Assembly: GCA_017303895.1 (NCBI GenBank)
Contig: JAFLBF010000006.1
Location: 78,618 to 142,617, forward strand
Direction: 5' to 3'
Length of the DNA stretch: 64,000 bases
Source: Bacteroidota bacterium
GTDB lineage: Bacteria > Bacteroidota > Bacteroidia > 2-12-FULL-35-15
Position numbers and translations under genes: made by a program. Under the pieces are notes generated by a model. It made no database searches, was not told the DNA's origin, and saw only the letters and a list, made by a program, of their open reading frames with translations. Every line of letters begins with the position of its first letter. Position 1 is the first letter of the stretch. Shown here one piece after another: positions 28,060 through 37,537 of the stretch.

Positions 28060-29561
28060 ATCAATTTATGCGCGATACTACTTTGTATACATTAGAACAA
28101 ATTAATTTTTCAGAGTTTGAATCGGCATTTGGTCAAGTGCCCTACAAAGATGGAATGGTGTTTACTGCTGATAAAAAAGTGAAGATGGATGTTAAACAGG
28201 ATGAATGGACAGGTAAATCCTATTATGATCTATATTTTGCAGAGAAAGATAAAGATGGACATTGGTTAAGTCCTCAGTTATTAAAAGGTGAAATAAATGG
28301 TCGTTATCACGAGGGACCTGCTACTTTTAACAAAACAGGTGATGTAGCTTATTTTACACGTAGTAACTATTTCAAATATAATTTGCGAAAGAGTTCGAAA
28401 GATGAAAATAATTTAAAATTATTTAAAGCAAAGCTGGTTGATGGGAAATGGAAAGAATTAGAAGAGTTGCCATTTAATAGTGATGAGTATTCGGTGGGTC
28501 ATCCTAGTTTGTCGGTGGATGAAAAAACACTTTATTTTATTTCTGATATGCCCGGTGGACTTGGTGGGACTGATATTTACCGTTCTACTTTTGATGGAGT
28601 TGTTTGGTCAAAGCCAGAGAATTTAGGGAGCGTGATCAATACGCCTGGAAATGAAATGTTCCCTCACATGAGCGATGATGGAACCCTGTATTTTTCATCG
28701 GATGCGCATAACAATATGGGAGGAATGGATGTCTTTGCGAGTTCATATGATTTGAAAAATAAAAAATGGTTGCAGGTGGAAAATTTAAATTACCCCTTGA
28801 ATTCTACAAAAGATGATTTTGCATTTGTGCTGAATGCTGATAACAAAACAGGTTTTGTATCCTCTAATAGGAGCCAAAAAGACAAAGTATTCGAAATTCA
28901 AAAACATGATCCTACCTTTTGGTTGACGGGAACAGTAACTATTAAAGGCAAAAATTTACCATTCGAAGATGTGACAATTACATTAATTGATGAAACCAAT
29001 GATTCAAAGAATGCTAAAGTCTCTGTTCAAACGGATAAAAATGGTAAATATAGAATTAAGCTAAAGCCTAATTCTGATTATATTGTATATGGTTCTAAAG
29101 AAAATTATTTTACACAGAGTGTTGATTTGTCAACGAAAGGGAAAAAGTTTTCTGAAGACTATACAGTGAATTTTCAATTGGATGAGATCATTATCGAAAA
29201 GCCTATTGTGCTCGAAAATATTTATTACGATCTAGATAAATCAGAAATTCGTCCTGATGCCGCTGTTGAATTGGATAAATTGGTGAAATTATTAAACGAT
29301 AATCCCAAAGTAAATATTGAAATGGGGTCACATACAGATGCTCGTGCAGGCGACCACTATAATTTAGTTCTATCCGATAAACGTGCTAAGTCTACCGTTG
29401 ATTATTTGGTTTTCAAAGGAATTGATGTTAAGCGCTTAAAGTACAAGGGTTATGGTGAAACAAAATTAATTAATCGTTGTAAAAACGATGTTGAATGTAC
29501 AGAAGAGGAACATCAGCAAAATAGAAGAACAGAGTTTAAAGTTACAAAGGTGATCAAATAA
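28056..29561 (+). CDS. OmpA-family protein with TolB-like PD40 beta-propeller repeats and a C-terminal OmpA peptidoglycan-binding domain
   Basis: PD40-like repeats (…GHPSLSVDEKTLYFISDMPGGLGGTDIY…MFPHMSDDGTLYFSSD…). The OmpA_C domain carries NRRTEF and VLSDKRAKSTVDYL. Confidence 0.8.
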   Translation: MNQFMRDTTLYTLEQINFSEFESAFGQVPYKDGMVFTADKKVKMDVKQDEWTGKSYYDLYFAEKDKDGHWLSPQLLKGEINGRYHEGPATFNKTGDVAYFTRSNYFKYNLRKSSKDENNLKLFKAKLVDGKWKELEELPFNSDEYSVGHPSLSVDEKTLYFISDMPGGLGGTDIYRSTFDGVVWSKPENLGSVINTPGNEMFPHMSDDGTLYFSSDAHNNMGGMDVFASSYDLKNKKWLQVENLNYPLNSTKDDFAFVLNADNKTGFVSSNRSQKDKVFEIQKHDPTFWLTGTVTIKGKNLPFEDVTITLIDETNDSKNAKVSVQTDKNGKYRIKLKPNSDYIVYGSKENYFTQSVDLSTKGKKFSEDYTVNFQLDEIIIEKPIVLENIYYDLDKSEIRPDAAVELDKLVKLLNDNPKVNIEMGSHTDARAGDHYNLVLSDKRAKSTVDYLVFKGIDVKRLKYKGYGETKLINRCKNDVECTEEEHQQNRRTEFKVTKVIK

Positions 29562-29612
29562 TAAAATGAGGGGGTGATTGGTTTACTCCCTTTTTTTTTC
29601 TATCTTAATATA

Positions 29613-30311
29613 ATGGAAAATCTTAAAGATCGAATCTTACATCTGTTTTTGCCACTTCTATTCTTATCAAGTTGTGCACCCATCTACACACCAAATGTTG
29701 TTCATGCGCCATTGTTCTCTGAGAAGCATGATGCTGATTTACAATTCAGTATGGGAACCGCTGGATACGATGTGCAGGCAGCCTATGCACCCACTAATTA
29801 TTTGGGTGTAATGGTTAATTCATCCTACCAGTTTAAAGATGTAGCTGACACCAATAGTTTTCATAAGCACAATTTTGTGGAGGCCGGGATTGGTTACTAT
29901 GGAAAAATAGAAGAAGCGGGGAGATATGAATGTTTTGTGGGCTTTGGAAGTGGAGAGGCTAAAAGTTATAGTCGTGATTTTTGGGGTTATGTGACAGGAA
30001 ACTATAATCGTTTTTATATTCAGCCTTCTATTGGCGCTAAGATGGATGTGTTTGAAGGGGCTTTTTCTTGTAGAGTTGCTTATGTTGACATGTATCAATT
30101 CTCCGGAACAACTGATTATCGGAGATCGGAAATGAATACCTTTTATTTTGAACCGGTGCTAACAGCAAAAGCGGGATACAAATTTGTTAAATTTTTTGTC
30201 CAAGGCGGCTTGTCACTTCCAATCGAAAGTAATTTAAAATATACCGATCAGCCTTTTATTTTGAATTTCGGGTTAAACTTTAGTTTCTCAAAATCATATT
30301 TAAAAGAATAG
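29613..30311 (+). CDS. Putative lipoprotein or outer-membrane protein, starting at MENLKDRIL
   Basis: Lipobox-like LFLSSC, then a ~210-aa beta-rich sequence ending in aromatic residues. Confidence 0.5.
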   Translation: MENLKDRILHLFLPLLFLSSCAPIYTPNVVHAPLFSEKHDADLQFSMGTAGYDVQAAYAPTNYLGVMVNSSYQFKDVADTNSFHKHNFVEAGIGYYGKIEEAGRYECFVGFGSGEAKSYSRDFWGYVTGNYNRFYIQPSIGAKMDVFEGAFSCRVAYVDMYQFSGTTDYRRSEMNTFYFEPVLTAKAGYKFVKFFVQGGLSLPIESNLKYTDQPFILNFGLNFSFSKSYLKE

Positions 30312-30492
30312 TTAGGTCTCTCCTAACAATTGCCTGTAGGTACATATATTTTGAGCGTTTTTTTTCTGCCTTCTTTGTCTTTTTCTCTTGTTCTGATAAT
30401 CAGTTTGTTATGTCTTTTTGTATGACGAAAATCATTTTTTAGTAAAAATGGTGATTCTAATTTTACTAGAATTTTTCATAAAGACAATAACA

Positions 30493-31737
30493 ATGAGTAA
30501 ATTAGTCCCTAAACATACTATAAAGAAGACTAAATCTGTAAAGATGGATAGTAAAGAGGGGCTTCATGCATTATTTGCCTACGCTACAGAAGGCATTTTA
30601 ATAACCAATAGCAAGGGAGAGATCACAAAGATCAATCCGAGTGCAGAGCGTTTGTTTGGTTATGATGAAGGAGAGTTGGTAGGTAAAAAAATTGAATTGC
30701 TGGTCCCGCAAAAATACAGGGGAAATCATACTGATCACAGGGCAAAATATAATACGAATCCTCATCCCCGTTCAATGGGAAAAGGCATGACACTCTTTGG
30801 GGTGCGTAAAGATGGAAAAGAATTTCCGGTTGAGATCTCTTTAAGTAACTATACTACCAATGACGAGTTGTATGTGATCGCTTTTATCATTGATATTACA
30901 GAGCGCAAACAGGCGGAAGAAAAACTCAAATCATACTCTACAGAGTTAGAAAAGAGAGTGGAAGATAGAACATTGATGTTACGTGAAGCTATTGCTGAAC
31001 TCGAGAAGACAAAAGAAGAAATTCATGCGGCATTGGAAAAGGAAAAGGAACTGAATGATCTAAAGTCCCGGTTTGTTTCGATGGCATCTCACGAATTTAG
31101 AACTCCTTTGAGCACTATTTTGTCTTCGGTCTCACTAATTTCTAAATATAATTCACCGGATACTGAAGATAAAAAGCAAAAACATATTTCACGTGTGAAG
31201 TCATCTGTTAGCCATTTGACCGACCTGTTGAACGACTTTTTATCTCTGGGGAAATTGGAAGAGGGCGTAATAAAGGCTGCTCCTCAGCTTTTTAATATTG
31301 TTGAATTTTCAAAAGACGTTATTGTTGAATTGCAAGTAGTTGCTAAAGAAGGACAACAGATCAAATATGAACATACAGGAAGTATTCAGGAAGTTTATTT
31401 AGACAATAAACTCCTAAGAAATATTTATATAAACCTGTTATCCAATGCTATAAAATTTTCTCCAGAAAATGGACTGATCCTAATAAATACGGAGGTTGAT
31501 GAAAGGTTTATGCGCATAGAGGTAATTGATAGTGGAATCGGTATTTCAAAAGAAGATCAGGTGCATTTATTTGAACGTTTTTTTAGAGCTCAAAATGCTA
31601 CTAATATTCAAGGAACCGGTTTAGGATTAAACATTGTTGCAAAATATGTGGAGTTGATGGGTGGCGAGATCACTTTCACAAGCGAGCTAAATAAAGGAAC
31701 TACATTTTCTATAAAATTTCCTCTTGAGTTAAATTAA
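30493..31737 (+). CDS. PAS-domain sensor histidine kinase (cytoplasmic, FixL-like layout). The start is chosen at MSKLVP; the ORF track starts at 30418.
   Basis: PAS domain with an RKDGKEFPVEISLS beta-strand and a His-rich F-helix region (YRGNHTDHRAKY). H-box MASHEFRTPLSTI; HATPase N, G1 (DSGIGI) and G2 (GTGLGLNIV). No TM segments. Confidence 0.8.
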   Translation: MSKLVPKHTIKKTKSVKMDSKEGLHALFAYATEGILITNSKGEITKINPSAERLFGYDEGELVGKKIELLVPQKYRGNHTDHRAKYNTNPHPRSMGKGMTLFGVRKDGKEFPVEISLSNYTTNDELYVIAFIIDITERKQAEEKLKSYSTELEKRVEDRTLMLREAIAELEKTKEEIHAALEKEKELNDLKSRFVSMASHEFRTPLSTILSSVSLISKYNSPDTEDKKQKHISRVKSSVSHLTDLLNDFLSLGKLEEGVIKAAPQLFNIVEFSKDVIVELQVVAKEGQQIKYEHTGSIQEVYLDNKLLRNIYINLLSNAIKFSPENGLILINTEVDERFMRIEVIDSGIGISKEDQVHLFERFFRAQNATNIQGTGLGLNIVAKYVELMGGEITFTSELNKGTTFSIKFPLELN

Positions 31738-31753
31738 TTTAAAAATAAAGAAC

Positions 31754-32812
31754 ATGAAAACAATTTTACTGATCGAAGATAATGACGAAATGCGTGAGAA
31801 TACGACTGAGATTTTAGAGTTGGATAATTATAAGGTTCTTGCTGCTCCTAATGGAAAAATAGGGGTGGAATTAGCACAAAAAAACAAAGTGGATCTGATC
31901 ATTTGTGATGTAATGATGCCGGTTTTGGATGGTTATGGTGTTCTTCATTTACTTAGTAAGAATCCGGAAACAGCAAGTATTCCCTTTATATTTTTAACGG
32001 CAAAGGCCGAGAGAAATGATTTTAGAAAAGGAATGGAAATGGGGGCTGATGATTATATCACTAAGCCATTTGATGACATTGAACTATTGAATGCTGTTCA
32101 AGGACGTTTGAAAAAAACAGAAATGTTGAAAATGGAATTTGCTAAGAATATAGAAGGACTTGATGAGTTTTTTAGTGAAATAAAAAATTTGGAAGACTTG
32201 GCAAAATTATCGAACGAACGCAAAACAAAAACATACAAGAAGAAAGAAACGATCTTTTCAGAAGATAGCTATCCGAATGGAATTTATTTCATCAACAAAG
32301 GGAAAGTCAAAACATTCAAGACCAATGCAGATGGTAAAGAATTTATTACTGGTTTGCATAAAGAAGGCGATTTTATTGGGTATCTAGCTCTCCTAGAGGA
32401 TAGTAAGTATAATGAATCAGCAGCTGCCTTGGAAGATGCAGAGATCTGTTTGATCTCCAAAGACGATTTTTTCACATTGATCTATAAGAATAGCGAAGTT
32501 TCAAAAAAATTCATCAGAATGCTTTCTGATAATCTTGCCGAAAAAGAAGAAGCATTGCTAAAATTAGCTTATAATTCAGTTCGTAAGCGCGTGGCAGAAG
32601 CATTGGTTACTTTGAAAAGCCGTTATCAAAAAGATGATTCAAAAAATTTCTCCATGTCTATTTCCCGTGAGGATCTGGCTAATATGGCCGGTACATCTCC
32701 GGAAACAGCAATTCGTACCTTAAGTGATTTTAAAGAAGAGAAACTGATCGAGATCCATGGCGGAAATATCACTTTACTAAACGCTGAGAAATTGGCAAAA
32801 ATGAAGAATTAA
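31754..32812 (+). CDS. Response-regulator receiver fused to a cNMP-binding Crp/Fnr-type domain and HTH (REC–Crp fusion)
   Basis: 352 aa. REC domain: LLIEDND, phospho-acceptor Asp in LIICDVMMP, and LTAK. A beta-roll cNMP-binding domain follows (ETIFSEDSYPNGIYFINKGKVK…GDFIGYLALLED), then a C-terminal Crp-type HTH (REDLANMAGTSPETAIRTL). Confidence 0.8.
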   Translation: MKTILLIEDNDEMRENTTEILELDNYKVLAAPNGKIGVELAQKNKVDLIICDVMMPVLDGYGVLHLLSKNPETASIPFIFLTAKAERNDFRKGMEMGADDYITKPFDDIELLNAVQGRLKKTEMLKMEFAKNIEGLDEFFSEIKNLEDLAKLSNERKTKTYKKKETIFSEDSYPNGIYFINKGKVKTFKTNADGKEFITGLHKEGDFIGYLALLEDSKYNESAAALEDAEICLISKDDFFTLIYKNSEVSKKFIRMLSDNLAEKEEALLKLAYNSVRKRVAEALVTLKSRYQKDDSKNFSMSISREDLANMAGTSPETAIRTLSDFKEEKLIEIHGGNITLLNAEKLAKMKN

Positions 32813-35220
32813 AGTCCTTTTCTTTTTGCAATTAAATTGCTTACTCCGGTTGTGAACAAAACAATCGTAATTGAGCTTAAAGGCATTAGGATGGCAGCCA
32901 TTACCGGAGATAAGGTGCCTTGTACCGCTAATCCTAGTCCAATTGAATTATAGATTAGTGATACTCCAAAGCTAGCAATAATGATCTTTTTCCCGGCTTT
33001 AGCAAATTGAATAAATGTTGTCAGATCATTGAATTTTGAACCGTCAATTATTGCATCACAAGCAGGAGAAAAATTATTTACATCATCTGATACTGCAATA
33101 CCAACATCACTCTGTTTTAGAGCTCCTGCATCATTTAATCCATCACCGATCATGATCACTTTGTGTTCATTTTCTTGCAGTTGTTTGATGTAATTTAATT
33201 TGTCAGCCGGACTTTGATTAAAATTCAGGTCGCTGTTCAATGGAAATAATTTTTCTAAAACCTTTTTCTCGGCATCATTATCACCTGATAGTAATGCCAG
33301 GCTGTAGTCACTTTCCAATGATCCAATGAGAGGAACTAATCCCTCACGATATTGATTTTTGATAGTGAATTTGCCATACACTTCTCCTTCGATCTCTAGA
33401 AAAACAGAACTTGCAGCATTGTTTACGGTCGATGATGTGCTGCTTTGTGTAATAAAACTCTCAGAACCTAATCTAACCTTATACCCATCAACAATAGCTT
33501 CGATCCCTTTTCCGGTGATCTCTCTATAATCTTTAGGTTCAATTATTTTAGAAAGTGGAAGGGATTCCAAAATACGCTTACTCAGAGGATGTGTAGATTG
33601 GATCACTAATGAGCGGATCAATTGCTGTTCAACTTCAGTTAAACGTTTCCCGGAGTATTCAACAAGAGCTTCTTTGTTTTGAGTGATGGTTCCTGTTTTA
33701 TCGAAAACAATAGTATCGGATTCCGCTATTTTTTCAATGATATCAGCATTCTTTAAATAGAATTTGTTTCGTCCTAATATTCTTAAAATGTTTCCATTCG
33801 TAAATGTGGATGATAATAGTAGTGCACACTGACAAGCAACGATCAAAACAGATGTAAATGCATTTAGTGCTCTGGAAAAATCCGATGGTAACCAATATAA
33901 AAAGCCTCCTGTTGCTAATATGAAAATTCCGTATGTAATATACTTTCCGGCTCTGTTTACAAATGTGTCGGTGTTTTCCTGCTCATTGGTAAATGCATCA
34001 TTGTTCCATAGTTGTGTCAAATAACTTTGTGAGGTTTCTTTGATCACCTCTAATTCAATAGCGCTTCCCACCTGTTTTCCTCCTGCATAAATGATCTCAC
34101 CTAATGTCTTTTGAACGGGAACAGATTCTCCGGTTACAAAGCTGTAATCAATACTCGCATTGCCTTTAAACAGAATTGCATCAGCAGGGATCAATTCTCC
34201 ATTTTTAATGATGATCCGGTCACCCACCTTGATGTTTGTAACAGGCATGGTGCTTTCTGCATCATTTTTTAAAACAGTAACTGCAATCGGGAAATAGGAT
34301 TTGTAATCTCTTTCAAAGGAAAGTGTATTATAGGTCTTATTTTGAAATAACCTTCCAAGTAGCATGAAGAATACGATGCCACTCATAGAATCAAAATATC
34401 CGGCACCGGTTCCACTTATGATCTCATATACACTTCTGCTGAATGTAACGAGAATCGCTAATGCAATAGGAGCATCAATATTCAGATATTTCTGTTGAAG
34501 ACTTTTCCAGGCGGAGACAAAAAAGTCAGATGCACTGTAAAAGAATACCGGCAGTGCTAAAAACAAATTTAGATAGCTGAATAAGGTTTTTAAGCTTTCT
34601 TCCTGAATGCTGCTGACTGCAAAATAGTCGGGCAAGCTTAACATCATGATGTTGCCAAAACAAAAGCCTGCTACTCCGATTTTAAATAGTTGTTTCCGGT
34701 TGTATTTGCTTGTTTTTGGTTTTTCAACATCATTTAAACTGATGTGTGGCTCATATCCTATAAAGGCTAATAATTCTACTGCTTTTCGTAAAGTGATCTC
34801 TTTTTCTTTGTAATAGATGCTAACTTCCTTCTTTAAAAAATTAACTTGTGATTTGATCACAGCAGGATTGATGCGATGTAGATTTTCTAATAGCCAAACA
34901 CAGGATGCACAATGTACTTGAGGAAGATAAAATGTAACATGTGTTTGTTCACCGTTGGTAAACGTGATCAGTTTTTGTTTGATCTTTTGATCATCTAAAT
35001 ACGTGTACTTTTCGGAATTAAATTTTCCTTTTGCAGTAATGCCCGGATTTTTCGATATGTCGTAATACTGGCAGAGATTATTTTCATTAATGATCTCGTA
35101 CACCAATTTACATCCATCACAACAGAATACTTTCTCTTCTATATGAAGATCGTGGGAAGTACAATCATTACCACAATGATAACATTTGGTTTCAGTTGTG
35201 TTATGTAATGATGTTTGCAT
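32809..35220 (-). CDS. ccoI: Copper-translocating P-type ATPase of the CcoI/FixI type
   Basis: 803 aa. N-terminal CYHCGNDC and CCDGC metal-binding motifs, TM CPC-type region (ACQCAL), DKTGT phosphorylation motif and GDGLND hinge. Confidence 0.85.
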   Translation of the reverse strand: MQTSLHNTTETKCYHCGNDCTSHDLHIEEKVFCCDGCKLVYEIINENNLCQYYDISKNPGITAKGKFNSEKYTYLDDQKIKQKLITFTNGEQTHVTFYLPQVHCASCVWLLENLHRINPAVIKSQVNFLKKEVSIYYKEKEITLRKAVELLAFIGYEPHISLNDVEKPKTSKYNRKQLFKIGVAGFCFGNIMMLSLPDYFAVSSIQEESLKTLFSYLNLFLALPVFFYSASDFFVSAWKSLQQKYLNIDAPIALAILVTFSRSVYEIISGTGAGYFDSMSGIVFFMLLGRLFQNKTYNTLSFERDYKSYFPIAVTVLKNDAESTMPVTNIKVGDRIIIKNGELIPADAILFKGNASIDYSFVTGESVPVQKTLGEIIYAGGKQVGSAIELEVIKETSQSYLTQLWNNDAFTNEQENTDTFVNRAGKYITYGIFILATGGFLYWLPSDFSRALNAFTSVLIVACQCALLLSSTFTNGNILRILGRNKFYLKNADIIEKIAESDTIVFDKTGTITQNKEALVEYSGKRLTEVEQQLIRSLVIQSTHPLSKRILESLPLSKIIEPKDYREITGKGIEAIVDGYKVRLGSESFITQSSTSSTVNNAASSVFLEIEGEVYGKFTIKNQYREGLVPLIGSLESDYSLALLSGDNDAEKKVLEKLFPLNSDLNFNQSPADKLNYIKQLQENEHKVIMIGDGLNDAGALKQSDVGIAVSDDVNNFSPACDAIIDGSKFNDLTTFIQFAKAGKKIIIASFGVSLIYNSIGLGLAVQGTLSPVMAAILMPLSSITIVLFTTGVSNLIAKRKGL

Positions 35221-35317
35221 AAGAAAAATTAAAAGCGGCAGCCGGTATTTCTCTAAACCCTAAATGCTATGAAACATTCTACGGATACCTGCCAGCCGCT
35301 TTTTTTATGGTTGGTAA

Positions 35318-35539
35318 TTAGTGTTTTTTTGCGTGAGCTTCTCCTTCTGTCATGGTGCTAAATACCGCATAAAGGATACCAGCCATTGAAATTAGGAAGT
35401 AAACAATATACTCAATACGTCCACCATCAATCAAGGTGTTGTTTACATTAACATTTGCAGGGTATTCCATAAACGCCCATCTGAAAGGGAATATAAATAC
35501 CAATAGAACAACGATGAATCCAATTACTTTCTTTTGCAT
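35318..35539 (-). CDS. Small two-TM membrane protein (hypothetical)
   Basis: 73 aa with two hydrophobic helices, 97 nt upstream of ccoI. Confidence 0.35.
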   Translation of the reverse strand: MQKKVIGFIVVLLVFIFPFRWAFMEYPANVNVNNTLIDGGRIEYIVYFLISMAGILYAVFSTMTEGEAHAKKH

Positions 35540-35632
35540 AGCTGTGAGTTTTTAGTTTGATACTTCAAAAGTATTTCTGTTTGTATTTTTAAAATATGAT
35601 AATGGTCAGTTTTCCTGCTGATTCCTGTCAGA

Positions 35633-36007
35633 TTAGTCTTCTACAGGCTTACTGAACTCCAATGCTTGTTCATTTTGTTTGGCTAGTGTCCAATCATCCG
35701 TGGAAGTTGTTTCTAACCAAACCTTCCCCGATTTTCTGAATACCTGAGCCGACAAGCCGAAATGCTCTTGCAGCATTTGTTCTAATTCTGATACTTTTTG
35801 TTTAGCACTGATCTTTAATGAACCGTTGCTATGAGTTTTTCTACACTCTCCTAAAGTTTTGGAATTGTTACGTATTAAACTTTTTGGCGAAGCCTCGCCT
35901 TTTCCATGTGATCTGGAAAAAAATTCGATTTTCAGGAAAGGGAATAATTTATTGAATTCGTCCTGAAGGTTTTTGATTGTTTTATTGTCTGAAATAAGTA
36001 GTTCCAT
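35633..36007 (-). CDS. Hypothetical protein (124 aa)
   Basis: ORF 7 nt downstream of the USP gene on the same strand. No recognisable family. Confidence 0.4.
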   Translation of the reverse strand: MELLISDNKTIKNLQDEFNKLFPFLKIEFFSRSHGKGEASPKSLIRNNSKTLGECRKTHSNGSLKISAKQKVSELEQMLQEHFGLSAQVFRKSGKVWLETTSTDDWTLAKQNEQALEFSKPVED

Positions 36008-36014
36008 TGTAATA

Positions 36015-36839
36015 TTAATCGTGTATTGTTAATAAAGGGATGTGTGTATGAAATGCCATTTTTTTTGTGTTGCTGGCATGAAAGAGGCTACTGATGATAT
36101 TGTGTTTGCGTGGGATCATGATCACCAGATCAATATTATGTTTTTCAACAAAATCATTGATTGCATAGGTGATATCATCATTCTCCGGGAAAAATAAACT
36201 GTGATTGATATTATCGAATATTGATTCAAGTTGAACTCCTGCAATTGCCTTTTCAAAATTCGGTTTTTCATCCGGTGCTACAATGTTCAGAATGTGTAAA
36301 TGGGCATTGAATGTTTTCGCCCACATTTTGATCTTTTCCATTGCAGCAGTATCTTTCACTTTTATTAGATCGCATGCAAACGCAATGTTAGAGATAGGTT
36401 TGAATATGCTGTCATTCGGAACCACTAAAACCGGACAATTGATGTTATGGATTGCAATGGTTGCATTGCTACCTATCAGGATCTCGGCCATTTTACCAAG
36501 TCCATTGATACCCATGATCACCAGATCAATATTGTTTTCCGAAATATATTCTTTCATTTCATCAATCAAAAATCCTGGCTTAACCACGCAGCTAGTTTGA
36601 CCTGTGAACCCGTGTGCTAGCTTTAAGTCATTTTCAAACTTTTGTAAAGCTCCCAAGCTATCGCTTTCTAGATTTTCATAGGTCGGCATCACAATTGCCG
36701 CTTCACTCGTGATCATTGGAATATGATACACGTGGAAAAAGGTGATCTTTGCATTGGCTATCTTAGCCAATGCAATGGCATAGGAAGCAGCAGCTTTAGA
36801 ACTATCCGAAAAATCAGTTGGTACCAGAATGTTTTTCAT
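36015..36839 (-). CDS. Tandem universal stress protein (UspA family)
   Basis: 274 aa with two Usp repeats (MKNILVPTDFSDSS… and a second domain with GSNA-type ATP-binding glycines, DLVIMG…G…GS). Confidence 0.8.
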   Translation of the reverse strand: MKNILVPTDFSDSSKAAASYAIALAKIANAKITFFHVYHIPMITSEAAIVMPTYENLESDSLGALQKFENDLKLAHGFTGQTSCVVKPGFLIDEMKEYISENNIDLVIMGINGLGKMAEILIGSNATIAIHNINCPVLVVPNDSIFKPISNIAFACDLIKVKDTAAMEKIKMWAKTFNAHLHILNIVAPDEKPNFEKAIAGVQLESIFDNINHSLFFPENDDITYAINDFVEKHNIDLVIMIPRKHNIISSLFHASNTKKMAFHTHIPLLTIHD

Positions 36840-37381
36840 TAGATGATGTTTTTAAGTTCGTTTAATTTAGGATACAGATAGTTTACCTCAATGAATGAAT
36901 ACACGAGGTAAACATGTTTGAGTTTACCTAATTGATGATATACACCTTTTAAGGTAGCTGAGCTATTGGCTTTTATTTCAAATCCCTTGGTAAGATCATC
37001 CAGCTGATCTAAATTTGATTTAATCCTTTTATGCTCATTTTCAATATTTTTGATCACTTTATCCAGGATCTCTAACTTCACCCCATTGATCCCTTTTTTA
37101 TTCAGAATATTTTTAATGAAAGGGAACATAATATGCTGCTCTTCTCCTTTGTGCTGTTCCAGAATATCTCTGAATTTTGCAAAGCTATTGTAGATCTCAG
37201 GCATATTAGTTACTTCCGGTTGATCTACTTTCACACATGCATGTAGCTGTGTGTCAATTACAGGGAGATTCTCTGAAAAATAATCATGAAATTCGCTGGT
37301 AATGAATTTCATTAATTTATTCAGATCAAGATCCGATACGTCCTCAGCAAAACTGATATTGATATTATTTACTAATTGCAT
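36839..37381 (-). CDS. Hemerythrin-like (HHE / RIC-type) domain protein, putative
   Basis: 180 aa helical protein with EFHDYFSEN and HKGEEQHIMFP motifs resembling the HxxxE … H-K-x-E-E-x-x-L-F-P motifs of hemerythrin/RIC domains. Its stop overlaps the USP start (TAATG). Confidence 0.45.
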   Translation of the reverse strand: MQLVNNINISFAEDVSDLDLNKLMKFITSEFHDYFSENLPVIDTQLHACVKVDQPEVTNMPEIYNSFAKFRDILEQHKGEEQHIMFPFIKNILNKKGINGVKLEILDKVIKNIENEHKRIKSNLDQLDDLTKGFEIKANSSATLKGVYHQLGKLKHVYLVYSFIEVNYLYPKLNELKNII

Positions 37382-37537
37382 GAAACAAAATTATTCCAAG
37401 CCCTATTTTTAAAGCATGATTTGAGTCAATTCAAAACATGATAATTATCATACAATTTTGCCCTTAAGCTCAAAAATATCTTGCCGACTCAGTGGATTTC
37501 TATTACTTTTGCCCTGATTTTTAAAAGGAAAAAGATT

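Noticed and set aside
27216-32812. The idea that the plus-strand block splitting ccoI from ccoS is a mobile-element insertion.
   Set aside because: No integrase, transposase or recombinase is present, and no direct or inverted terminal repeats or tRNA target are visible. The gene content (sensor kinase, Crp-type regulator, OmpA protein) reads as native regulatory and envelope genes.
35232-35305. Imperfect long-range inverted repeat (AAGCGGCAGCCGGTAT … ATACCTGCCAGCCGCTT) between the 73-aa ORF and ccoI.
   Set aside because: The arms are mismatched in the middle and separated by about 45 nt. It could be a weak terminator or leader structure, but the evidence is insufficient to call it.
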